A stretch of 45,156 bases of DNA, filler included, from Catajapyx aquilonaris (Eukaryota): the NCBI GenBank assembly GCA_000934665.2. It is 2 parts of 2 records of this genome, joined end to end, with 100 filler letters (N's around TTAATTAATTAA, not from the genome) between each part and the next. Parts side by side here need not be neighbours in the genome. Positions count along the whole stretch, not along the records: positions 1 to 22,508 come from JYFJ02005852.1; positions 22,609 to 45,156 come from JYFJ02005853.1. One strand, written 5' to 3'. A program made the translations under genes and the position numbers. Of the stretch, positions 14,600 to 26,500 are shown piece by piece. The notes below the pieces were generated by a model. It saw only the letters and a list, made by a program, of their open reading frames with translations, searched no databases and was not told the DNA's origin. The first letter of the stretch is position 1. Every line of letters starts with the position of its first letter.

Positions 14600-17500
14600 T
14601 GTCACTATAGGGTTCCAGGAGCCCTGACAAATAGGGGGTCTTGGAGAGAAAACGGGATTCCTTTATTCCGGGTGTATAAGTGGGCCCGGATCTACAGGGT
14701 GTTTGTCAAGGTTACGATTCTGTCGATGAAATGAAGTTCTTACTTTTTGATTGATTGGTGATGCAAGTCATTCCGATGTGTCATCCCAAAAAAAATCAGG
14801 TTATATAAGTGATCACAATGGCCATAACGACCAGTGACTTTAACCTCCATTATTAACTCTATCTGGGATGTGGTAAGGCCGGTTATAATAGAAGCGAATA
14901 ACTGTGGTATCCTGTCAGAGATAGTCCCAGAATTGTTTCGGCAAACTGATGCAATGGCCAGACAATGTGCTAAGTTGGCACAGCATTGAGCGTGAGAAAT
15001 CCTCATTGTTATTGCGGAGTTTTCAAAGCCAAGAGTCAAAGGATTATTGCACTCACTGTCATCTCGTCAAAATGACCAAGGTTGAGTAACAGTTTTTTTT
15101 AAACGCAATGCAACGTTATAGTGGAGTATGCGAGAACGCCCATATGTAATGATCAACAATGCGGGATTATTTGTCAACAAGCTTACTCAAAGCAAACATG
15201 CATACCAAAAAAAAACTATATTCGATAATACAATTACGGCACAAATTAACCAGGGCCGCACTCTTGGATAATTGAAACGGATGGCCAGGTATTTACAATG
15301 AATCCAGCAGATAATGACCGAAAATCAAAGACATATAGATATGAACACTTCTACATTGTTGAACATGCAATTAATTGGTCATAGTATGCCATGCCATTCC
15401 GGTTGGCTGCCTTTTCACAGAGAGTGCAGCACTGTTGAAAAAAATTTATGAACAAAACCAGCAAGTTTAATTAGCTCAAATTGCCCTTTTTTAAAAAACG
15501 GCTGGTCGGTCATGTTGTTATTTTCAATAACCAGGGTACGCCATATGAAACGGGGAATTAGACGTATTATGTCAGGTGTTAGGATTTCCCCAGCATAAGC
15601 CATAAGCCCGATTTGCCTGTAAGGAAAATGCACTGCTAGTATTAAGCAAAGTACCATTTCCTCAGTGTGTTTACTAGACACATCGCACTATCCTCTTGAT
15701 TAATCTGAACCACGTGCAACAATAACTTCCACGTGAGAAAACCAAGAAAAAAAAAAGCTCCTCGCACCGCATAAAATATTTCACGCACATTATATCCGGA
15801 AACATCCCTGTTTCTGGCAATAACACTAGAAGAGAACAGCTACCCTTCAAGATGCCTGGTGCTTTATAAGCATCTTTTTGTAACGCCCGGTCTCCGTCAG
15901 CAACAAAACGCTCCTGAATTTTTTAACCCCCTTCGCAAAACTCACGACTAAAAAAAAACCGTCGACTGATCGAAGAAGCTTCCAACCCCCCTGGTCATAA
16001 TAACCGCCTTCCGGATAAAAATTACATCATGCATAAGAGCGCGAGATTTTTCATAAAATACCGCTGAAAAAAACTTTGGAGTATAGGTTTTTTTTTCCTT
16101 GTGGTTTCGACGTGAGGCTGCTGTTGGAGAGAGAGGGGTGTGGAAGGGGGGGGGGTATGGGGGAGAAATAAATTTCGGCTCTTGCGTCACCATGGAAACT
16201 CTCGTTGGAGGCAAATAGCCCCTACTTCACTTGGCGCATTTGTTATTTATGTGTGTATTCTTCTCCTGGCTCCCCCCAACAACTGGCTGAGAGAAACAAA
16301 AATTGAGGGGAAAATGGTGGAAAATGTGCTTTAAAATATGTACAACGAGTAAATAGAGACAATTTTGTCTAAAATATTCACCATATTATTATTCCTGGCC
16401 ATAGTACATAACAAGGCCAGCTGTATGTCCGGAGTACCTAACCCACTTTCGGACTACTGAGAGTACGCCTACTGAAGCACTTGGGGAAAAGTATGAAAAC
16501 TGCACAAAAAATACCAAAAAAAAGGAATTTTGCATGACCAATAAATCAAATCCTGAATTACACGAACAAATTGATCTGTACAGTACATGATCCATGTGAG
16601 CAACTTCATGTGCGGTTTCCCAGCCCCGATTTGTTTTCCTGAATTATCGATAGGTTATCCATATACAACGTGCCATTTTACGTGTCACTGTCTAATTTTA
16701 AATGAAATCAGTCTCTTGAATTTAGTTCAATATTTGCCTGCAAAATGAGGTATTTAATTGGCAGTCATGTCTCACTGCCTCGATTGGCCATGGAAAACCG
16801 GGGAGCTCTTGAATTATTTCCCACAAATTCGCAAACAAACAGTGCAAACAACATATGCAAAGCCGCGACAAATTAAAATTTTCTCAAAATTGCACTCTTT
16901 TGTTGTCGGAAATTTTCATTTTACCCATCCCATCCTATAGAAATACTTCCCAACATAATTTCAGGGCCCTTATCGAATATTCTATGGCACTTTGCAACAG
17001 CAACTTGATCGCGCCTCATTGATCGGACCTCCTTCCAATGCCATTAAAACCCCTTGCGAAACAGTTTCGCCAAAGACAGGGACCTCCCACTAAAACTTGC
17101 CTCGAAAATCCAGTCTTCAAGCCATAAAAGTTTTGCCCCCACGACGCTTTTGCATACGACAATAAAATTATTCACCAAGCTTCTCTCTCCGAGGCGCAAA
17201 TTGTTTCCAACTGTGTACACATTCACTTTTCCCATCGGCATCAAAAGTTCTCCATATTTTTGAAAAGGATTTGAGTGATAATTTGCACCCCCCCCCCTAA
17301 TGGGAAAAACATCTCTTCCCAAACAAAAAAAAAATCATGGCAACAGTGAGCATGATCAATACTGTTTTTTTATTGTTGTTGGACGGTTGCAATAGGGTGT
17401 ATATATCCTGCTGTACGTGACATCCATGATATCAGAGTGACCATTCTTTTTCTTCTTGCCTTGATGTTGTTCTGAGATCACAGTGACGAGGGAAGGGAAC

Positions 17501-18250
17501 CAACTGGCCATTTTGATGTAAGGCGAGGGAGAGGGAAGTTATAGCGTTTATAGCCCCCAACGTAGCAAAGGGCCAGTCTAGAGATGTAAGGGGGGGGGAT
17601 GGCTATACTGGTGTTTCTGGCCTGAAATCGCTCACCTTCCACACGCTTTTCTGCACTTTTCTATACCACCCCCTCCTCCTCGATCGCCAAGCTTTTATTC
17701 CATTTTATCGCCCAGAAGAGCGGAACGAAAATGGAAAGGTCCAAAGTGTCCAACGAATATTTTTGCCTTCCATTCGACATTTTTTTTTTCGCAACCTTAG
17801 AAACTACAGTCTGACTCAGAAAAAAAATTTGACCTTTTGAACCTCGTAAATAATAAATGAGATTGCCAAAAAAAATGCATATTTATTGTTTTAGTCTGTG
17901 CATCTGTCTGTACTATACTAAGAATCATACAATGTGCCCAAAAATTTCTGGTAATGCAATTCTTTTCTACGTATAAATAATAATGCCTGCAATTCATAAC
18001 CATCACGTTTACAAGAACAATTCGACACCATATATTTCCAGGGACAATCAGACACGTCAACATGCTTCCGAGAGATTAAACAATTGTTAGCGGCGGAAAA
18101 AAAAGAGCACTTGGAAGCCAAGACGTGCATCTGGCAAATCCAAGTGCGGTAATTAATAATTCTAGGACGTTTCTTTATTTCTTGTACGGTCCCCAGCAAA
18201 AGGGTTTACAGCACTCTGGAGAGGAAAAAGAGGCACCGTGGAGTCTCCTG
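14600..18250 (-). mobile_element. Degenerate Ty3/Gypsy LTR retrotransposon internal region (gag-PR-RT-RNaseH)
   Basis: Collinear minus-strand motifs: gag VLASKCSF...ELQALL (17918-18199); protease KYGELLMPMGKVNV...FIVV...LLWLEDW (17044-17322, cf. LLGRDW); RT LMHDVIFI near 16030 (cf. YMDDII); RQIGLMAYAGEILTPD near 15600 (cf. RxFLGxxxYxxxFIP); RNase H FRSLSA near 15315. LTRs not identified. Confidence 0.55.
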
Positions 18251-19549
18251 GAAGAGATCCAGAATACTGCAAATTGATCGTTCTGACCACAGCAGAAAAT
18301 CTCGGGGTACCTTACTAATATTCATCACCCCCCGAAATGAATAGGTTATGTCACAGAAAACTGCTTCGTTTTGTCAAAAACCGTGGTCATTTATCAGGCT
18401 TGTGCGTATATATGCAATGGTCATCCATCAGCCACGTTCAAAGTCACGTAACGGCAAATCCAAGAGTTGAAAAATAATAAAGGCAATTTCCATTTCAAAT
18501 GTATTGTTACGCTATGGTGCAAAAAAATAGCATAATTCTACAATAATGGCAGTTTTCCTCAATTCCACCGTTTCATATCATTAGCATTGTCCACTTCATG
18601 CCCTGTTTGTTTGTTTATTTGTTTGGCACCAAAGCAGATCTACAAGATACTCGACCAAATATAAAATACTCAAATTTTACTAGTTAAGGTGAAAGTAATT
18701 TTAGAAAAAAATACGACTTCAAAACAATTTGATTAATGCTTTAATTAGTGTGAACGAATTTTAAAAATTCATATAATCATTTCGGAAGAAAATAGATCGA
18801 ATCTGAGCTTGAATAAGTGCGAACACTCAAAAATGCAAAAAGTCCAATTTCATGGATAAAAAATCACTCAAATTGATCCTAAATCCACCCTGAATATTTC
18901 AAGAGCGTACAGTACAGTATACACTCCAGACCCAAACCGTATAGGATATTTCAGAACATTTTTTTTTCACAACCATATATACACCACCAGGTTATTCCTC
19001 TCTTCCTGAGCATTGCCGCAATCAATTTGGCAGCTTTTGAAAAGCACTCCCGGTATAGAAATGGCGCAAAAATCGTCCATAGCCCCGCCGATCAACACTT
19101 CCTAGACAAAATTGCGAGAACCCTGCCCAAAAACGAAACAATGTGGCCGCCGCTTCAATGCGCATTCGTCACGCCCAACTGAAAAGCCTTCCGCCATTGT
19201 TCAATACCTTTACAAAAGAGGGGGACGCATTCTAAAATAAAATTCTCCTATACACAACCTATATATTCCAGCTCGTGTATACGCATGCGAGAAGCCATAC
19301 ATATCATCGCGCCTTATACAAAAGATGGTAATGTATCCGCCGAGTTCAACGTGCCGAGTCTATTACTTTGGTCCGATCGATTGATTCTCTGGATAATAAT
19401 TCGAGTCGCGTACATTTTTTTCCCCGTCTCCAAAAATTCCACCCTCAGATGAAAACCTAGAAAATTCGCCACTGCATGTCCAATAAAAAAGGGGTAGAGA
19501 GAAGAAGTGGGGGGTTGAAGGAACCTGAGTCTGAATCCTAAACCACACC

Positions 19550-20550
19550 CTTTTTTTCATGCAATTATTCCAAATCGAACCGATTCCTGTGTTGATACTG
19601 GGATGGTCGGGTCAACATCGATTCGGACCCTCCATGTGATTGAATTCATTAGATGAAAAAAGGGGATCGGAAATCTGAATTGTACACAGGTTTTACATTC
19701 GGATCATGGTCCAGCATTAGGTTTGCTAATCACTGGCTGTGGGATCATATTTAACATGAAATACACCTGAGCCAATGGGTTCTGTTTTCCAATATCGCTG
19801 ACATCACTATTGTTATTATTAGTCACGATAACACTCCAGACAATTTACGTCCACAGGAAGAGTTCAGCTCAATCTCTTGATGTTTCTGGATCATGTCCGG
19901 ATTATCCCATAGCTAATGTTAATCACCCTCCTGATGTAAGTGCGATGAAATTAATGCCCTTCGGATATGAAGTTTTGGAAGTGCGGCATCAAGAGCCAGC
20001 AATAAACGACAGGGGTTCAATTTCCTCGCTTTACTACCACTAAACTTGCGACACATTTTTTTTGTGTGTTCCGTTTCCTTATCTGCAACATGCACATACA
20101 CTACTGACCTCTCAGAACCCCGAAAATCGTGAGTCTAAATTAAGACCCCCACGATCATTCTTCTTAAGAATTTGTACTTCCAGTATTCATCATAATTAGG
20201 CTTCTTCATCACGGTCTGCATTAGAAAGAGAATTTTTTTACGAATTTCTTCCCGCCAGAAGGACATTGTGCGTGTGTGAGAAAGGCATTTGGCAGCCTCC
20301 CAGCTCAGTGTTTACTAGAGGCGGTTGCAACCACTGTTTTACCTATTCATAAAGAAGGAAGGTCAAACTTACTTCCTATACACCCTCCATTTTTTTCATA
20401 TCATAACTGCATGAAATCTGAACAGTTCCTGGGAATTCACAGGTGTTATCTGGCCTACCAAAACAAGTGGGTTAAATCTGAGCACATAATTAGAAACTTA
20501 ATTTGGATATTAATATTGTACTTTTCGACCAATATTTAGCTAAAGCATTT
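19550..20550 (-). mobile_element. piggyBac-family transposase remnant
   Basis: Minus-strand peptides ITPVNSQELFRFHAVMI (~20400-20450), VMKKPNYDEYW (~20180-20212) and YVHVADKE...KLNP (19919-20101). These follow the piggyBac order ELxxFxG / KxPxxxxYW / LHFxDN / KxRP. Heavily frameshifted. Confidence 0.45.
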
Positions 20551-22508
20551 TGCAATTATTGACGTAACATCTTCTGACATCACCGGTTACATTAAGTAAA
20601 ACATTCCCTACATTAGGCATATTATGCATAATTGGGCATTTTCCCTTAATTTGCATTCGCACAATTGGGAGCGTGTACTTGCAATATAAGTACCAAGTCT
20701 TCCCAGCAGCACTGTTATGTTAGAATGAACTCTCATGTTACTTCAGAGCGATTCTATCGGCCACTCATCCGGTCATTATCTAAACCATCCAACCGCAATG
20801 TGACATAACTCCTCCTAAAAATTACACACACATACTGACTCCATAACTATTTTCAAACCGTCTGGAATAATATGCGACCTTTCGCTTGAGTAATCCTCCT
20901 CACTGGCGCAACTGGCCTTGAAGCAAGTAACGTGCCATTACTTCACACTGCACTTAACATAGAACCCCTTTTTTTAAACGGTACTGCACACAATCACTTC
21001 ATCAGCTATTTTACGTTAGGTTAGCTGCATGTGATAATACCAATAGGTGATCAATATTATCGTCAGACGCATGCGTCAGGTGAAATCATTGCCCTCATTA
21101 GCATTCCGATATGTGATCCTGTGAGGCTCGACACCGTCAACTTGCTGACAGCATGACTAAGCGAGACAGAGACCTCGAAAAAAGTCAAAGCTCCAGACCA
21201 TTTCGGTCGAATCCTGTCATTTGCATCGCTGCAATCCGGACTAAAAGTTGCTTCTCACTTTTTGGGCTCGAAAAAAAAAAAATAATTACGTGTCTGAAAT
21301 TCCTGGGGCTTGCATAAGGTTCCCAGCATGGGGTTGAGAAAGAACACGGAAATAAACAACCTTCAAGTTTCCGTTTCGCACGATGTCACTTTAAAAAAAA
21401 TAATACGACACTTAATTTATGGAACAATCGTCAACAGCAATTTACATACGGCATCAAACGAATTCAGTGCTGAACAACACGAAATTAGCAAACGTGCAAT
21501 CTACCAGGTCATTTGTAATTGTGCACATATTAGTTCAGATCTCGTACACTAGCTCCCATTTTCTTGGCAAAAATTGTCGCACGCACTAGATATTACCGCC
21601 GCGTAATTGCGCGCGGGGGGCAGAATTACCCTGGGGACCTCTTTTTTTCACGGGTGTACAATTTCACAAAGGGGCAACTAATTGGAACAATTAATCGCAG
21701 TTCACGCAGATAGTTATCTGTCTAAACGAACCTGCCATAGCTTTATTAAAGGGAACGCGACTTTTTGCATTTCAATTACGGAACGATGCTGAGAACCGCT
21801 TTAAATATAGCTTGTGATGGTCACACGATACGTGCAAAAAATTGCGATACTAATTACGCCAAAAAACAGGACTATTCGCATTGGCATAAAATGTATCAAA
21901 TTCTCGCTTTCACGCTTGGACGACCTTTAGTGTCAGATGACAACAACAGAATCGACATACCCTACTTTTCGTGATCATTTTGCACGTGCCCTTAACTCTT
22001 CCGATATGTCACCTTGACCTTCGAATTGGCAGCCAATTGTTGCAGAACTAGGTCTCATTAATGCGCCAATCAATCAATATTATCGGCGTGTCGATTTAGC
22101 TTTCATCGCGTTACCCCCGTCAATTTGCCTTTCTATAATGCAGTTCAGAGTCAATTTGTCACGTTTGCGGCGTGGCCAATATGTAAATTGCAAATTTGGT
22201 CACATCCTATTCATTACTATAACGCACAATAGCTATGCTATCACCGCAAAACTTGCTCAAATTGGATATGCAAAGTGTAATGAATGCCATGAATATATTT
22301 TTGCAAATTGTGCCAACTAAGATGAAATGTAAGTTCAAATTGTTGAATTTGAGCACTTTCAAAATGTTTCACACTCACATCAGTGATATTTTCATTTTTT
22401 TCTCTCAAACTTTTCAACTTCTTCCGGTTGTACGTGTGACTCCCTCTGTACAAAAATCGCGCGCAGTTTGACTCGTGAATCCTCCACGTGCCCTCCACAT
22501 TACCTCTA

Positions 22509-22608
22509 NNNNNNNNNNNNNNNNNNNNNNNNNNNNNNNNNNNNNNNNNNNNTTAATTAATTAANNNNNNNNNNNNNNNNNNNNNNNNNNNNNNNNNNNN
22601 NNNNNNNN
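22509..22608. other. Assembly gap with artificial six-frame-stop linker
   Basis: Exactly 44 N + TTAATTAATTAA + 44 N = 100 nt. Confidence 0.97.
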
Positions 22609-22641
22609 CGCCACTGCTATAGATGCTCTTACCTAAGGTTA

Positions 22642-23373
22642 TGGGAGGGCTGGTCATAAAGTTTTAATTATCACCTCGAAAATCACCACATGCTTCCACT
22701 GTTGGCTTGGTTTCTTTGTTTCGGGATCATATTGGTAGTAGACCCAGCACTCATCCAGTGATCAGCTGTTGAAAAACGTCACCTGGGTCGACCTGACACA
22801 GTTTTAGCATTTGTGATGCCACATCCTTTCGGTTTTGGCAATGGTTGAGCAATTGCGGCACCCAGCCGGTGGCTACTTTCGTCATGTGTAGTTCATTGTG
22901 GATGATGTTTAATACTGGTCCATGACTGATGTGGACCTTTGCCATGATCTCCTCGACAGTGATACCCCAGTATGTGAGTACTAGGGCCTCCATGTCTTTA
23001 ACAATTCCTGATTTTTCACTGAGAGACAGTCCCCCGCTTTGGGTTCATCTTGCAGACTGTCCACATTTGAAACGTCTGTGCCACTTTACCACTGGGTTGT
23101 ATGATGGGGCATTGTCTCCGTACACGGAAACCAGCTCGGCATGAATCCCTTTAGTTTTGTGCCCCTTCAAATGGAGGAAGCGAATCACCTTGCCAACCTC
23201 GATCTGCTGAACCATTTTGGTTTGGACGCTATAGCGGTGTTTCGCGTTACTGCTGCACGGGATTATGTGCATCTGCTGAGAGTTCAAGCATGTGTGTTTT
23301 ACCCCCAGAAAAAATTATTATCATATTCCCCTTTTTTAAATGCAAGAACTAAAACCTTTATGACCTATCCTCG
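22642..23373 (-). mobile_element. Internally deleted mariner element with transposase pseudogene
   Basis: TA-flanked imperfect TIRs (TA|TGGGAGGGCTGGTCATAAAGTTTT ... AAAACCTTTATGACCTATCCTCG|TA). Minus-strand peptides VIRFLHLKG...IHAELVSVYGDNAPSY..VVKWHRRFK (HTH), WVPQLL (WVPHEL motif) and LITG next to the first catalytic Asp. Stops and frameshifts present; rest of the DD34D domain deleted. Confidence 0.88.
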
Positions 23374-23588
23374 TATTCTGGAGTGGGCCAAACATTAGTC
23401 AGGACTCGGGACTGAAAGCACACCATCCCTGTACAGCCACCAGTCCATTTTGTCCTCTTCAAGCTTTCAATTGCACTTGTAGGTGTACCCATTTCCACTG
23501 ATATGGATGCAAACTAAAATATGAAACCCATGAAATGTGTATAGGCTACATTGTGAGAAATAATTTTTTTCTATGTCCTTTTATGCAG

Positions 23589-26500
23589 GCAAGGTTCACA
23601 GACTGTGTTGGCCGAAACAGCAGATTTCCATGAAGTGTTTCCTTCTGGGCATTGCTCTGATTGGGAGATGGAGAAAATTAATTATAAGGTTAATGTCTTC
23701 TACAAACCCATACCTGAAAATTGGAAAACCTTGGGTGGTGTGGACATGGGTCCCGAGGAAAAGATTGATGAGAAAACCTTCTGGTATCAAAAATGGTGAG
23801 TTGTGGGAATGGCAGAAATGGCTTTGTATAGTAATTGACCTTGTCATTTCATCCAGGTATGATACCAAGACTGGACGATTTATGGATATGACTGAACGAA
23901 TACCAGAACCAGATATGGGCAAGACCTGTCCACACTGCACTCTGGTCAGACAGAGAGTTGTGGAGCAGAGTTTACATGTGGAAGGAAAGTTGGATGAACT
24001 TGGACCTTCTGGTGAAGTAAGTTGTTACAAAATATTCACTTTACAGCTAAAATCTTACGAATGTAACTTACAACCAAAATGACTCTTCTTACCCTCCTGA
24101 ATTTTGAAAATTTCTTGATTTTTAAATTCGGCTTGGCCTGTAGTGCTGAGAAAACATCACCTCCGCTGCTAATTTCCATGTTAGCAGGGTGAAAATACAG
24201 CCAAAAGTCTATGTTCCACATGCGTCCGGTCGCGGGTCGCTCGTCCTGGCTGCCCGGTCGCGGTTGCCTTTCACCGTGTCTGTAGCTCTCTCCGGTGCCA
24301 CGAAGGAGAAGGGTCATCTCGCATGCTTCGAAGTCGATTACAATAATGGAGAGCCAGGACAGGGAGCATATACTACATAAGAGGCACAAACTTTCGATTC
24401 GTGCGTCTCTCTGTTTGGAGCCAAGGCTGGCGGCCATTATGAAATGGGGCCAACGAGGTGTAAATAGGGTACTGTACAGGCAGGCCTTAAAGGTCCGCCA
24501 TCTTTGATGGTTTTGGCGGCGGCTATGGCACTTCACGGCAAGAACACGCGCGAATTTGAATATTTGATGCCATACTTACTTTCTGGACAAGATGTTGTGA
24601 TGTTGGCAATATGTTGTGCTAATGAAAGAGAGACATAAGATCTTTTTATTATTTCGAGTTTACAAGGTTTTTAAAAATCCACTTTAGACACCTGAGCTAT
24701 TCTCCAGTAGTGTAATTAAAGTATTATGATGTAATGAGGTCCACGTTTCAGTTGCTCTACCAAAGAGCTATATGGGAGCACCTGGATCTTGCTATTGGAG
24801 ACTGTGTGTACATTCCTCCTGACATCTATGACTACAAAGTGAAGCCTGTGGCACCAAAGCCGGAAGCACTGAAGAAGAAAGAAGATGTGGACGAAGACTT
24901 GTACCCTGAGTATTATCGGAAAGCTGCGGATGGGCATGCGAAAGGCAACCATGATGGGACTCCTGAACCATTCAGGGTGAGTTATTGCATGGTAAGACCT
25001 AGTTGGGAGAGCTGTAACTATTGCATGGCTCAAGTGTACCAAACAGGTTCTCCCGGAGAACCTCATTTTTGCCCATCATTTATCAAGTCCCAGCTTGTCT
25101 TTCAGTATGCCGGTAATTTGTAGCTACTGAATGTGGACTACACAATTGTTGTACTTAAAGCTGGTATCCACGTAAGAGCTTCTCTTATAAGAGTCCTCTT
25201 GTGCGAGACATCTTGTACGTCGAGACGGAATCTATATCGCTTCTCACCCCCTCTCACGCCCTCTGGCGTCCTCGCAAGGGGCTCAGAGGAAAGTTGAAAA
25301 TTTTCTACTTTTCCTCTGATCGTCGCATTGACTTCACACCACGTGACTCCGGAGAGCCAATCGGGTCAGAGATATCAGCAGACCCCAAGCCGGCACCACA
25401 AGGAATATGTCTTCTCTCCCCTCCCTTCCTCCTATCCACCAGTTCTACAATAAGCATGATCTGCAGAATGCCCTGCACAGACTGCAGCTGCGTGTCAACG
25501 GGCGCCATCTTGCCAGTCTCATTGGGATGGCTAGAAATTTCTTGTATGTCTTGCAAGCCCTGGGCGGGCCTTACGCGGGCATGCGCAGTTGGCTCCTCGT
25601 ATAAGAGAAACTCTTACGTCGATACCGGCCTTTAATAAAACAGTTTGTATTTTTAAGTGTTTTTTCCCACTCCCTTGCTTATGACAGATTGCAAGAATCG
25701 AGTACATAATGTCACGGGGTGCTCCTGACAGAGACAACGTGTACCTGAAGGTGAGAAAGTTTTATCGTCCAGAAGACACTCATCTGGGGGTTCCAGCCAC
25801 TGCTCATTCTGATCTCAACTTACTCTACTGGAGTGAAGAAGGTTACTTGTATTTTATTTTATTTTGTTCTTTACAAGTGGTGTGCATACCTACTGATAAA
25901 GTAATGTATGCTTTACCTAGTTGCTGATGTGAAGTTTTCATGTGTCATGGGGAAATGCCACGTTGTATACAGAGAAAACATCGTTGGATCTGTGGATGAG
26001 TGGTCTGCAAAGGGCCCCAATCGCTTTTATTTTGCTGAAATATATAACACACAGGACAAGACTTTCGAAGAACCACCCATGAAAGCCCAGGCAATGGGAA
26101 GAATTGGGAAGGTGAGCTTGATTGAATATTTATTGACTTTCTGTGATAGCTTACGAAATGATAACATTGGTGTGTAGGGTGCCTGAAAAACCGTAGCTAA
26201 TCACAGCTGGAGAGTTTTCATGTAGTTTTTGTTCTTGTGCAGCATTAATTTTATATTGCCTCTTCTACTTATTCCCTTAGGATTTAGTTTTATGTAATGA
26301 GATAATGGTTTGGAAATAGTCCAGACACTTGGGGGTAGGCAGAGCATACCCCTCAATTGTCTGGAATATATATGTGCTGATAGTACATGCTGTAAAAAAA
26401 TTTCCTTGATCACCACATTTACAGAGAGAAATGGCACATACGACCTCGATAAGATGAACCTCATGAGTGGGTTTTTGTCGTCTGATCCATTAATTTCTCA

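Noticed and set aside
22553..22564. TTAATTAATTAA palindrome
   Set aside because: Centred exactly in a 100-nt N gap; it is a synthetic linker.
24036..24536. 166-aa antisense ORF and CpG-rich patch in a DNMT1 intron
   Set aside because: No domain; probably a TE fragment, but I could not define TIRs or a TSD.
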